Assembly: GCA_035546575.1 (NCBI GenBank)
Contig: DASZWN010000002.1
Coordinates: 32,681-96,680 of the forward strand
Origin: Minisyncoccota bacterium
GTDB lineage: Bacteria > Patescibacteriota > Minisyncoccia > Phycocordibacterales > SBAW01
Reading direction: 5' to 3'
Length of the DNA: 64,000 nucleotides
Shown here in pieces: positions 19,134 to 28,523 of the stretch. Position 1 is the first letter of the stretch, and each line of letters opens with the position of its first letter. The notes below the pieces were generated by a model that had not been told where the DNA came from, searched no databases, and worked only from the letters and a program-made list of their open reading frames with translations. Made by a program: the position numbers and the translations under genes.

Positions 19134-19364
19134 TTAGCCTCCCTGAGGATGCTTGCCGCTGGTCAAGCCAGAGATCTCCGAGGGATCTTCGTTAGCCACA
19201 CCGAACCGTTTTCTGAACTCAGGAGTCTCAGATTCGTCAGGCCACCATCTCTCGGCCCAACGGTCAAATATTGCGCGATTGCTCCGAATGCGAGCGCGAT
19301 CGACCGTCTGAGGGTTTTGATACTTGCTCAGCTGAACAATCTTGCCATCATGGCTTTCAGCCAT
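19134..19364 (-). CDS. Hypothetical protein (76 aa)
   Basis: GGGAG 6 nt upstream of the ATG; followed by a terminator. Confidence 0.5.
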   Translation of the reverse strand: MAESHDGKIVQLSKYQNPQTVDRARIRSNRAIFDRWAERWWPDESETPEFRKRFGVANEDPSEISGLTSGKHPQGG

Positions 19365-19465
19365 TGTGTTCTCCCGTATTTGTGCCTAGCGATATTTTGC
19401 GCCTTAAAGCACATGACGTCAACTCGAAGCAGAATACACAAAAGAGTACACTATGATCACACCCT

Positions 19466-21133
19466 ATGGACTCCAATGTCGAGAAAGTAAAAGACAAACT
19501 CTCCATCACCGATGTGATAGGTCAGTATATAACGCTTAAGCGTGCTGGCCGTACCTACATTGCTCGCTGCCCGTTCCACAACGAAAAGACGCCGAGCTTC
19601 CATGTCTCTCCCGAGCGCGGCACATACAAATGCTTTGGCTGCGGCGAGGGCGGCGACATTTTTACGTTTGTAGAAAAGATGGAGGGGATCGACTTTGGAG
19701 CGGCGCTTCGGCAACTAGCTGATAAGGCCGGAGTCAAACTGGAGAAGCAATTTATACAAAGCCCCGAGCACAAAGAACATGAGGAGCGGCTCCGTGAGGT
19801 ATGCGAAGAGGCAACGAAGTTTTTTGAAAGTAAGCTTGTGGAGCGCAACGATGTCCGGGAGTATTTGCGCTCGCGCGGGCTCCACGAGGACACGACCGCA
19901 GTGTGGCGGCTCGGCTACGCTCCGGCAGCCTGGGAGGAACTTTCTAAACACTTGCTTGCGCGCGGGTTTACAAAAGACGAAATGGTTGATGCTGGCTTTG
20001 CGGTAAAGTCGGAAAAGAAGCCGGGCGAGATCTTTGACCGCTTCCGAGGGCGTATCATCTTTCCGATTTTTGACGCTATGAGTAGGCCTATCGGTGTTTC
20101 GGGCAGATATTTTGAAAAGGTGCCTGGTCAGAAAGAGGAGAGCGAGCCTGCAAAGTATGTAAACAGCCCGGAGACTGTGCTGTTTAAAAAATCAAAGACG
20201 CTCTACGGGTTTGACCGCGCCCGCAATGCTATCCGCAAAGCCGACTGCATCTTGCTTGTAGAAGGACAGTTTGATTTAGTGCTCAGTCACCAATCGGGGC
20301 TGCCATTTGCCGTGGCGCTCTCCGGTACCGCACTCACGCCAGAGCATCTCTCGCTGCTCGGCCGGCTCTCAAAACGGTTGGTGCTGGCGCTTGATGCCGA
20401 TGCTGCAGGCTTGCGTTCTGGGCTTAAGAGTGCGCAAATGGCGCTCCAAGCAGGGTTTGATGTAAAAGTGCCGACCTTCCCGGCAGGGCAGGACCCGGCC
20501 GATGTTGCGCGCGAAAACCCCGAGTTACTCAAGGCCGCGATACGTACCTCGCGCACAGCAATAGAGTTTTTTATGGACGCATTGCGCCCGGGGGCCAAGG
20601 ATGAGCGTGGATTTGCCAAGACCGTCGAGACATACGTGCTGCCGCTTATCGCAGCGATGGAGAGCAAAATTCAGCAGGAGCATTTTATACGCATTGTTGC
20701 GCAAAAGCTCGGCGTATCCGAGGCCGCCGTGCGGGCAGAAGTTGGGCGCAAACCCGCCGCGGCCCCAGACGCTCCTCAACTGGCAGCGCAACAGACATCA
20801 GAAACTTTTACCGCTTCACCGCTCGAGACAAAAATAGGAATGCTTTTATTCTCGTTTCCTCCGGACTCTGCAGTGCGAGCCAATGTAGTAGCGCTTGCAG
20901 GAGAGGAGCGTATCAAGGATATAGAAGCAAAACTCGCGACACATGCAGAGGCGCTGCGATTTAGGTTTGACGGCGAGCTTGGCGAGCATATCAGCGAAGA
21001 GACGGTTGTAAAAGATATGCTGCGCGATATCGAGCGTATCTTGATGAAAGAGCTGATGATGCAAGCGCGCGGCGCAGGCGACCTCAAACAAATGGAAGAA
21101 ATCGCCAGACGTGCACAAGGTTTAGGTGCATAA
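19466..21133 (+). CDS. dnaG: DNA primase
   Basis: CPFHNEKTPSF..CFGC zinc finger, KYVNSPET, TOPRIM VEGQFD and DADAAG. Confidence 0.98.
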   Translation: MDSNVEKVKDKLSITDVIGQYITLKRAGRTYIARCPFHNEKTPSFHVSPERGTYKCFGCGEGGDIFTFVEKMEGIDFGAALRQLADKAGVKLEKQFIQSPEHKEHEERLREVCEEATKFFESKLVERNDVREYLRSRGLHEDTTAVWRLGYAPAAWEELSKHLLARGFTKDEMVDAGFAVKSEKKPGEIFDRFRGRIIFPIFDAMSRPIGVSGRYFEKVPGQKEESEPAKYVNSPETVLFKKSKTLYGFDRARNAIRKADCILLVEGQFDLVLSHQSGLPFAVALSGTALTPEHLSLLGRLSKRLVLALDADAAGLRSGLKSAQMALQAGFDVKVPTFPAGQDPADVARENPELLKAAIRTSRTAIEFFMDALRPGAKDERGFAKTVETYVLPLIAAMESKIQQEHFIRIVAQKLGVSEAAVRAEVGRKPAAAPDAPQLAAQQTSETFTASPLETKIGMLLFSFPPDSAVRANVVALAGEERIKDIEAKLATHAEALRFRFDGELGEHISEETVVKDMLRDIERILMKELMMQARGAGDLKQMEEIARRAQGLGA

Positions 21134-21140
21134 TAAGTCC

Positions 21141-21226
21141 GCACTATTCAGAAATAAAAAGCCTTAGCCCCATTTCGCTTCGCGAAATGGCACGCCCCCA
21201 CCTAGCTTTTTATTTCTGAATAGTGC
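21141..21226. repeat. 86-bp element with perfect 22-bp inverted repeats and an inner hairpin
   Basis: gcactattcagaaataaaaagc (21141-21162) pairs with gctttttatttctgaatagtgc (21205-21226); inner ccatttcgc-ttc-gcgaaatgg. Confidence 0.8.
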
Positions 21227-21276
21227 TTCACACACTTTTCATTTCATTAGTTTAGTAGTATAGTATTCACCAAGAT

Positions 21277-22521
21277 ATGGCTAAGGCGAAAAAGAGCAAA
21301 AAAGCGGCCCCAAAGCGCAAAGGGGTGGCCCAAAAGGCGCGTAAGTTCCGCGCAGCAGCTGCAAAGCGGCGCGTAAAGCTGGCGCCTAAGGCCAAGAAAA
21401 AGGCACTAAAGGCTCCCAAGGAGGCGGCCCTTTCGCCCAAGCTTGCTAAAAAGCTCGACGAGCAAAATAAAAAGGCCGAGGCTCTTATGTCTCGCGGACG
21501 CATGCGCGGGTTTGTTACCTACGACGAAATTCTTAAAGCTTTTCCAAACATCGAGACCGATGTGATGTTTCTTGAGGACTTGTACGAAAAGTTCTCCACG
21601 GCGCATATCGATGTACTCGAGGGCGGCGGCATGCTCAACATGGCCGAGGAGGCTCCAGAGAAGGGTTACTCTCGATCTGACTCTCAATACGATTCTATCC
21701 AGATGTATCTGCGCGAGATCGGCAAATACCCGCTTCTCAACGCGCAAAGTGAGCGCGATTTGGCAAAGCGCATCACCGAGGGCGACGACGAAGCTCGCAA
21801 CCTGCTTGCCCGCGCTAACCTCCGTCTTGTGGTCTCGATTGCCAAAAAGTACGTTGGCCGCTCGCCCGACCTCACGCTGCTCGATCTCATTCAAGAGGGT
21901 AACCTCGGCCTCTTTAAGGCGGTTGATAAATTCGATTACGAAAAGGGTTTTAAATTCTCGACCTACGCTACCTGGTGGATCCGCCAGGCTATCACACGCG
22001 CGCTTGCCGACCAAAGCCGCACGATCCGTATCCCCGTACACATGGTGGAGACCATTGCTAAGTATAAGCAGGTTTCGCGCCGCCTGAGCCAAGACCTGGG
22101 TCGCGACCCGCTTGCCGAGGAGATCGCTCTTGAGATGGGCGTTGATGTTGATAAAATCTACCAGATCGAAAAGATCGACCAGGATACTGTCTCGCTTGAG
22201 AGCCCGGTGGGCTCCGACGACGGCGACGACGGCAAGTCGGTTTTGGGTGACTTTATAAAAGACGACAAAATCCTCTCTCCCGATCAGGAGGTTGCCCGCC
22301 GCATACTCGCCGACCAACTTAAAGAGATTCTTGAAGAGCTTAGCCCTAAAGAGCGCGAGATTTTGAAACTGCGCCACGGTCTTGAGGACGGCATCTACCA
22401 CACACTCGAAGAGGTGGGGAAGAAATTTGGCGTTACCCGCGAGCGTATCCGCCAGATCGAGGCAAAAGCGCTTGAACGTATCCGCACGCACGAAAAAGCA
22501 AAGCGCCTGCGTAGTTACTAG
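21277..22521 (+). CDS. rpoD: Primary sigma factor (sigma70/SigA) with Lys/Ala-rich N-terminus
   Basis: [55 protein letters not shown]. Confidence 0.97.
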   Translation: MAKAKKSKKAAPKRKGVAQKARKFRAAAAKRRVKLAPKAKKKALKAPKEAALSPKLAKKLDEQNKKAEALMSRGRMRGFVTYDEILKAFPNIETDVMFLEDLYEKFSTAHIDVLEGGGMLNMAEEAPEKGYSRSDSQYDSIQMYLREIGKYPLLNAQSERDLAKRITEGDDEARNLLARANLRLVVSIAKKYVGRSPDLTLLDLIQEGNLGLFKAVDKFDYEKGFKFSTYATWWIRQAITRALADQSRTIRIPVHMVETIAKYKQVSRRLSQDLGRDPLAEEIALEMGVDVDKIYQIEKIDQDTVSLESPVGSDDGDDGKSVLGDFIKDDKILSPDQEVARRILADQLKEILEELSPKEREILKLRHGLEDGIYHTLEEVGKKFGVTRERIRQIEAKALERIRTHEKAKRLRSY

Positions 22522-22605
22522 CTTTGCAAAATAAGTATAAAAGGGTACTCGATTTTTCTGCTGAAAAATCGCTCAGTCCTCGCGCCGAGGTACTCGGAGC
22601 CCCTT

Positions 22606-23817
22606 TTATGCTTGTTTTGCTTCGCTCCACATATCCCAAATAACGCCCGCTACGTTTCTGGGTTCGCCCTCAAACGGGAGGTGATGGTTGTCGAAGAAGG
22701 GGCGGCCATTGCACTCAATCACGCCGCACTTCTCTTGCTCTTTCCACGACTTGGAGATGTCCTCGATAATAAAGTCGATGCCGACAATGGGTGCATGCAA
22801 CACTCGCGCGATTTCCTCAAACAGTGCTTTATTGTCCGAGTGCACCTCGTCCGTGACATCGGTTGTGGTGCCGCCGACCGACCAATTTATTTTTTGATGT
22901 AAGTACATAATCCGATTCTTTTCAGGGATAGTTTCGAGCGTTGCATGTTGCAGCGCGAGTTCCGCTTCTGTTGCAGGAGATATTTTAATTTTGGAAAAAT
23001 ATGGACCTTGGCGTTTAGGGTGCTCGTTTTCTTTTTCTATAAGTTCAGACACAGCGTGTACACCGTCGCCCACGACATGTGGCCGGTCTCGTCTGATAGT
23101 GGCTATGAGTTTGCCGCCTACAAGTGTCGGGCGGTACACCGAGCCCACAAGCTCCTCTTCAATAATCACATTTGGTGAGACTTGTTTTGCAACCCGAAAC
23201 GCTCGTTCGAGCTCAAGCTCGTCTGAAATATGCGTTGTCGTGTGCCGCGAGCCCGAGCCCTCGAACGGTTTTACGATCACGGGCTTATCAATACTGTTAA
23301 AAATCTTTTTGGCACCACTCAGGCTAAATGCGGAGCCGCCGCGTGCAACTGGGATACCCAACTTCAGAAACCTCCTCTTCATAGTCGCTTTGCTGTCGAG
23401 CCACCATACGCCTTGTCTGGTGCCTGGTGGAAAAGGAATACTCTCAAAAGTGATTCTGCGCCCGTCTGGGAATGTTGCAACAAAGCTATTAGTAGGGAGT
23501 CCAAGAAAGCGGAACTCGCGCATGAGTATGCCGCGCGCCTTTGCCTCGCTCCACAACACTTGGCACAGCAGAAGTGTTTTATCGTCAGGCTCGTCTTTAA
23601 ACTCGCCCAGCCCAAAGCGCTCTAATCGCTCGTACAAGCCAAAGGCCAGACTCTTCTTTGTGCGTTTGCTTGAGAGTCGGGAGACAAACTGCAGCGGGAG
23701 ATCAAACAGTGGAGTGGTCACTATGTTCATGAGATGTACCGCGTATTCTGCTTTATGGTAGACGGGATCTGAGCCGCACTCAGGGCAAGGTTTGGGCGGC
23801 GGGAGGCTGATGCGCAT
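22606..23817 (-). CDS. Stand-alone ATP-grasp ligase resembling the cyanophycin synthetase/GshAB ATP-grasp domain
   Basis: PVIVKP..GS, VVGDG.H.VSELI..EN, GGTTTDVTD.VH, GIDFI, VIECNGRP. Confidence 0.75.
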   Translation of the reverse strand: MRISLPPPKPCPECGSDPVYHKAEYAVHLMNIVTTPLFDLPLQFVSRLSSKRTKKSLAFGLYERLERFGLGEFKDEPDDKTLLLCQVLWSEAKARGILMREFRFLGLPTNSFVATFPDGRRITFESIPFPPGTRQGVWWLDSKATMKRRFLKLGIPVARGGSAFSLSGAKKIFNSIDKPVIVKPFEGSGSRHTTTHISDELELERAFRVAKQVSPNVIIEEELVGSVYRPTLVGGKLIATIRRDRPHVVGDGVHAVSELIEKENEHPKRQGPYFSKIKISPATEAELALQHATLETIPEKNRIMYLHQKINWSVGGTTTDVTDEVHSDNKALFEEIARVLHAPIVGIDFIIEDISKSWKEQEKCGVIECNGRPFFDNHHLPFEGEPRNVAGVIWDMWSEAKQA

Positions 23818-23881
23818 ACTTCCAAGTATAGGCTTTTTAAGGCCTTTTTTATAGAGAATTAGCGTTTGCTATACTGCCAGT

Positions 23882-24760
23882 GTGGCCAAGAAGCGTAAAG
23901 TTGACCTTCCTATAAAACACTGGAGCCACTCAAGCCTCATGGCGTATCTGCGCAATCCGCTTGCCTGGTACAAGCGCTATGTCGAGTTGGTATACGACAC
24001 GCCGATGAGCCCGGCGGCCGTAGTGGGGCAGGCGGCACACAAAGCGCTTGAGCACTACTACAGCGGCATAAGCATTGAGGGGGCGACCCAACTGGGGCTT
24101 GAGCATATGCGCACTATTGCGGACTTTGAGATCAACTTTGGCAAAAAAGTAAAAAGCCTGCCTGCCGGTAAGCAGGCCGCAGCGCGCAAAAAACAACGTG
24201 CCTCAATGGAGCGCGACTACTTGCAGGCGGTGTCGTTCTTTTTTGCGCGGCCGCCAAAATATAAAGTGCTAGCGGTCGAATGTAAGGCGACCGTTGAGGT
24301 TTCGGGCTTAACGCTCCCTATTAAAGCAATATCAGACTTGGTGGTGCAAAGCGCAGTGGACCCACATGGGATAGATGTCGTTGATTATAAATTTGTCTCG
24401 ACGTTTAGCCCGTACAAAGCGGACAAAGCGCTCTTTGTGATGCAGGCAATCTTTAACTACTATACGGTCAAGAAGACATTCAACAAGCCGGTGCGGCGGT
24501 TTATTATCCACGAGATCAAAATCACCCGCAATCAAGACGGCAGCGCCCAGGTGCGCAAATATGTGATCGACTTTAGAACATTCAGAGAGGAATTTATTAT
24601 TTTTAACCGGCTGTTGCGCGACGCGACCGAGTCCTTAGCTACAACCAAAGTGTTTTTGCCTAATCCCTCAGACATGTTTGAGGGGGAGAATAGTTTTGAT
24701 ATCTATCGCATCAACATTGCGCCCGAAGAGTACGACACCCACTTTAAACCCGACGAATGA
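23882..24760 (+). CDS. PD-(D/E)XK nuclease superfamily protein (RecB/AddB-like)
   Basis: WSHSSL...P, GQAAHKALE, ISDLV, VVDYK, Q...Y; TATACT 6 nt before the GTG. Confidence 0.75.
   Translation: MAKKRKVDLPIKHWSHSSLMAYLRNPLAWYKRYVELVYDTPMSPAAVVGQAAHKALEHYYSGISIEGATQLGLEHMRTIADFEINFGKKVKSLPAGKQAAARKKQRASMERDYLQAVSFFFARPPKYKVLAVECKATVEVSGLTLPIKAISDLVVQSAVDPHGIDVVDYKFVSTFSPYKADKALFVMQAIFNYYTVKKTFNKPVRRFIIHEIKITRNQDGSAQVRKYVIDFRTFREEFIIFNRLLRDATESLATTKVFLPNPSDMFEGENSFDIYRINIAPEEYDTHFKPDE
24156..24177. repeat. Short palindromic intragenic repeat, copy 2 (in the nuclease gene)
   Basis: gcctgcctgccggtaagcaggc, read as SLPAGKQA. Confidence 0.72.
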
Positions 24761-24785
24761 AAAACCCCGGCTAGGCCGGGGTTTT
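24761..24785. terminator. Bidirectional terminator
   Basis: aaaaccccggc-tag-gccggggtttt between convergent genes. Confidence 0.8.
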
Positions 24786-24787
24786 AA

Positions 24788-25498
24788 TTACTGAGTGGTT
24801 GTTGATGCTGTAGCTGCTGGGTTGCCTTGGAGGACCGCGTCGATTGCTGCACGCATAGAGTCATACGGCTGATTGCCCGGGAGTGTGATCGCCTCGGTAC
24901 CTACCATTACGAGCGTAAACGGCGTGCCCTGCGCGCCTAAGGCGATAGCCTCATTGTAGGAATCCTGTACCTTCTTGGTAAATTTGCCGCTTGAGAGGCA
25001 GGCGTTAAAGGTGTTTACATCGAGCCCTACCTGACCGGCGATAACTGGGAGCTGTGCGGCATCGAGGCCATTGTTAGACGGCGTGACCTCGAATACTTTG
25101 TCGATAAACTTAAAGTATGCGGTGTTGCCGCCCTGGTCTGCGGCGCATTCTGCAGCCTCGGCCTCTTTAGGTGCGCGGTCGTGTATAGATGCGAGCGGGA
25201 ATGGGCGCGATACCCACGCTACGTTGCCCGAGGCGCCGTAGAAATCCATAACCTGATGCAGTGTGCCTTCAAATGTTTTGCAGTGCGGACACTCAAGGTC
25301 CATGTACTCGACTACTTTTACCGCTGCGTTAGGGTTGCCCAAGATGTGGTCGGTTGCCGGATCGTAGACGCGCGCGGTGACATTGGTAGAAGCGCCGCCG
25401 TTACTTGGTACCGAAGTCTTACCTACCAAAAACACTGCCCCTGCAATAAGCAAACCTGCGACAACGATGGTAATGGGTAGTACGTATTCGCTTTTCAT
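24788..25498 (-). CDS. Membrane-anchored DsbA-family thioredoxin-fold protein
   Basis: N-terminal TM helix, DLECPHC, GTP cis-Pro motif. Confidence 0.9.
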   Translation of the reverse strand: MKSEYVLPITIVVAGLLIAGAVFLVGKTSVPSNGGASTNVTARVYDPATDHILGNPNAAVKVVEYMDLECPHCKTFEGTLHQVMDFYGASGNVAWVSRPFPLASIHDRAPKEAEAAECAADQGGNTAYFKFIDKVFEVTPSNNGLDAAQLPVIAGQVGLDVNTFNACLSSGKFTKKVQDSYNEAIALGAQGTPFTLVMVGTEAITLPGNQPYDSMRAAIDAVLQGNPAATASTTTQ

Positions 25499-25543
25499 AA
25501 TGGTTATTTAGCTAATTACCAACAGTATAACACAGCCAGAGGG

Positions 25544-26116
25544 TTAAAACGGCAGGGTATGAGTTATAGCGCCGGTATTTGGCACCTCCTCCCATTTGGA
25601 GGTATTGAGCTTTATTTCGCGAACACCCTCATAGTCTTTGTATTTGAGTGAGCCGTGCTGGCGGGCGTAGTCGTAGATCTCTTTAGTAATCCGTACGTCG
25701 TCGAGGCAGTACTCGCGCACCTTCTCGATATTGCCCTCCTTCCACCATTTAACCGCGTCGAGGCCCGCCGCGATCTTGCCGGTGCCGAGCGTTGCCTGTG
25801 CCACTGAATCGAGCTTGAGCCGCCGGCCAAGCACGTTTTTGATTTCTTTAAGCAAGTCGATGCTTTTTATCTTGGTGAGGTCGCCCGCGTAATATTTGTT
25901 AAGTATCGGAATATCAAAGTGGTCGGAATTGTAGCCCACAAGAATATCCGCGCGCTCAAACAAGGGCCACATCTGCGGCAACTCTTCTTTTACATAGCTC
26001 GTGTACTGATCAGTCTCAGAGTCGTGTACGCCCACGACCGTGAGCTCCTGATTGGAGAAATCAAACGGCACGCCGCTCTCTCCTGTTGTTTCAATATCAA
26101 AGGTAATACGCCGCAT
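25544..26116 (-). CDS. RNase H-like DEDD 3'-5' exonuclease (YprB-like)
   Basis: FDIET, GYNSDHFD, YCLDDV. Confidence 0.85.
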   Translation of the reverse strand: MRRITFDIETTGESGVPFDFSNQELTVVGVHDSETDQYTSYVKEELPQMWPLFERADILVGYNSDHFDIPILNKYYAGDLTKIKSIDLLKEIKNVLGRRLKLDSVAQATLGTGKIAAGLDAVKWWKEGNIEKVREYCLDDVRITKEIYDYARQHGSLKYKDYEGVREIKLNTSKWEEVPNTGAITHTLPF

Positions 26117-26131
26117 AGGGGAAAGACCGAG

Positions 26132-27379
26132 TTACAGAGTACTAAAGAATGTTGCAAGATCCGCCCGCACGAGCTTTTTTTCCTCGCCGGAATTGAGGTC
26201 CTTAACCCTAAACTCTCCTGAGGCTATTTCGTCACTGCCCACAACAATAAGATAGGGGATCTTGTGTTTGGCGGCAGTCTTGATCTGGTCGCCCAGCTTC
26301 TTTTCGCCAAAGTCGACCGCCACAGAGACGTTGTGCTCGCGCAACATGCCGGCCAACTTCATTGCCTCGCTCGCAAGAGCCTGATCGGCAATTGCTACGT
26401 ACACTTTTGTGGTCGGTATATATTCCGGCAGCAGTCCGCGGACCTCAAGAAAGTCTCTAATCGTTACGTCGCCCATCGCAAAGCCAACGCCCACGACCGG
26501 CTCGTCGCTAAAAAGCGATGTTAGGTTGTCGTATCGGCCGCCGCCGAGGAGTGCGCGGTTGTTCTCCGGGTTAGTGTCAAACGCCTCAAATACTACGCCG
26601 GTATAGTAGTCGAAGCCGCGCACTATTGAGGGGTCAAACTCGGCGTTATTGATACCAAGGTCTTTGAGTATCGTGAGCACCTCGGCTACATCTGCAGGAA
26701 TCTTGTCGGGCGAGAGCATCTCGAGCGCCACACCAATGTCTTTAATATCACGCTCAAAGTCGGCGGCCGGCATTTTTGCTCGGCGGTCGAGGAGTCCGCG
26801 CAGTTTTTTGCCTGTGTCTTCGTCGAGATTGAGCTCGCGGGTGATCGAGTCGAGAAAATTACGGCTCCCGAGCTTAAGTACAAAGTCGCTTTCCTGTGCG
26901 CCAAAGGCTACAAGCACCGCATGGGCTACCGAGATAATTTCCGCGTCGGCATTGCGGCTGTTTGAGCCGAACAAATCGACATTGAGCTGCCAGTGCTCGC
27001 GCAAACGCCCTCGTTGCGAGCGCTCATAGCGAAAGAGGTTTGGGATCGAAAACCAGCGCAACGGATAACCCACCTCGCGCCGACGCGCCGCTACCATGCG
27101 TGCGACAGTCGGTGTCATCTCGGGGCGCAGGGTCACCTCGCGGCCGCCACGATCGACAAACGTGTACGTCTGGTCGTGTACGAGCTCCTCGTTCTCGGCG
27201 CCTTTGCTTTTGTAGAGTTCTGCAGGCTCGAGCACCGATGCATGGTACTCGAGGTAGCCAAAACGCTCGGAAACCTCGCGTACCGTCGAGATAAAGTAAT
27301 TGAAAAATGCCTGATCCTCGGGAAAGAAGTCGCGGACACCTTTGTACGGATCTGTGGATAAGTGCTCTTTTTTGCCCAT
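26132..27379 (-). CDS. hisS: Histidyl-tRNA synthetase
   Basis: KGVRDF, LRPEMT, FRYERSQRGRLREH, RGFDYYTG, GGGRYD, anticodon-binding domain; start at MGKKEHL. Confidence 0.97.
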   Translation of the reverse strand: MGKKEHLSTDPYKGVRDFFPEDQAFFNYFISTVREVSERFGYLEYHASVLEPAELYKSKGAENEELVHDQTYTFVDRGGREVTLRPEMTPTVARMVAARRREVGYPLRWFSIPNLFRYERSQRGRLREHWQLNVDLFGSNSRNADAEIISVAHAVLVAFGAQESDFVLKLGSRNFLDSITRELNLDEDTGKKLRGLLDRRAKMPAADFERDIKDIGVALEMLSPDKIPADVAEVLTILKDLGINNAEFDPSIVRGFDYYTGVVFEAFDTNPENNRALLGGGRYDNLTSLFSDEPVVGVGFAMGDVTIRDFLEVRGLLPEYIPTTKVYVAIADQALASEAMKLAGMLREHNVSVAVDFGEKKLGDQIKTAAKHKIPYLIVVGSDEIASGEFRVKDLNSGEEKKLVRADLATFFSTL

Positions 27380-27407
27380 ATTTCGTATACGTAGTAGTGT
27401 AACAGAA

Positions 27408-28226
27408 ATGCAGGACGAGCGCAGTGACATGGTGAACGTGGATAAAGGAATGGCACTGGACCAGTCTGGCGAGGTCGTTAATCTCTATAAAAACTTGGGC
27501 GAAACGCCGCGAGAGCGGCTTGAGCGTCTGCGGGTCCAAAAGGCGCATTACGCGCATGAGGTGCTCTCGTATGCCGGCAGGCTCGACCCGATGGCTGAGG
27601 GTGTCTTGTTGTGCCTGGTGGGCTCTGCAAATAAACGACGCGAGCAATATCTCGACCTCTCAAAAGAATACGTACTGGATATATTATTTGGATTTTCGAC
27701 CGATACGTACGATGTGCTTGGCCGCGTGATGGACACGGGCGATGCCAGCCGTGTAAAACTTAAAGCAGTTGAAAAAGGATTAAACGAATTTCGCGGGCAT
27801 GTGGCGCAAGAATATCCGCCTTTTTCCAGCAAAACAGTCGGCGGCAAATCGCTGTTTGAGTGGGCGCGCGGCAATGCGCTCGGCGCACTTGTGCTGCCGG
27901 AGCGCTCAGTAATTGTGTACGACATAGCGCTTGAGGGCGCGTATAAAGTTTCTGAGCCGCAGCTCCTTTCTTATATTGAGGCGGGTATCGATAAAGTGCA
28001 GGGCGACTTTAGACAAGAGGAGATCATGCGGCTCTGGAAGCGCAACCTAAAAGCAAACGGCACGCGCGAATTCCCATGCGCCACTATCCGCGTTTCGTGC
28101 TCTTCGGGCACCTACATGCGCTCTATAGCGCATGCATTAGGTAAAGAGCTTGGCGTCCCGGCGCTGGCCCTCCATATTTTGCGCACCCAGGTGGGGGACT
28201 ATAAGGTCGAAAACGCCTTGCGGTAG
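27408..28226 (+). CDS. truB: tRNA pseudouridine synthase B-like protein (start uncertain)
   Basis: AGRLDPMAEGVL, KEY, TDTYD, YPPFSS, CSSGTYMRS. Confidence 0.85.
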   Translation: MQDERSDMVNVDKGMALDQSGEVVNLYKNLGETPRERLERLRVQKAHYAHEVLSYAGRLDPMAEGVLLCLVGSANKRREQYLDLSKEYVLDILFGFSTDTYDVLGRVMDTGDASRVKLKAVEKGLNEFRGHVAQEYPPFSSKTVGGKSLFEWARGNALGALVLPERSVIVYDIALEGAYKVSEPQLLSYIEAGIDKVQGDFRQEEIMRLWKRNLKANGTREFPCATIRVSCSSGTYMRSIAHALGKELGVPALALHILRTQVGDYKVENALR

Positions 28227-28287
28227 GCTGTTTTGCATTATATTGTGTTGCCAGTAGGTCTCCACAAGTTAAAGGAGAAGTTGCTCG

Positions 28288-28467
28288 ATGAGCAAATCTT
28301 TTAAGAAGCCAGGCAAAGTCCGTGAGACAAAAACGGACAAAAAGGCTCTAAGAACCTTGAAGAAGATTTACGGGGTCAAAACCGATGCAGAAGTCCTCAG
28401 AAGGGTTCTCAGAGTCGCCCTTATCGCCTCACGCTACGCTTTCGCACCAAAAAAGACACTTCACTGA
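28288..28467 (+). CDS. Small basic protein (59 aa), possibly ribbon-helix-helix DNA-binding
   Basis: Manual translation MSKSFKKPGKVRETKTDKKALRTLKKIYGVKTDAEVLRRVLRVALIASRYAFAPKKTLH; AAGGAG upstream, hairpin downstream; below the ORF-track length cutoff. Confidence 0.55.
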   Translation: MSKSFKKPGKVRETKTDKKALRTLKKIYGVKTDAEVLRRVLRVALIASRYAFAPKKTLH

Positions 28468-28489
28468 AACGTCTTTCACTCATAACACT

Positions 28490-28513
28490 TCGCCGGCCAC
28501 TCTGGGCCGGCGA
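28490..28513. terminator. Hairpin between the small ORF and convergent nrdB
   Basis: tcgccggcc-actctg-ggccggcga. Confidence 0.55.
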
Positions 28514-28523
28514 TTATGTTTTA

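Noticed and set aside
18528-24760. CRISPR-Cas system (Cas2-like domain plus Cas4-like nuclease)
   Set aside because: No repeat-spacer array, cas1 or effector genes; the proteins fit PaaX-like and generic PD-(D/E)XK families.
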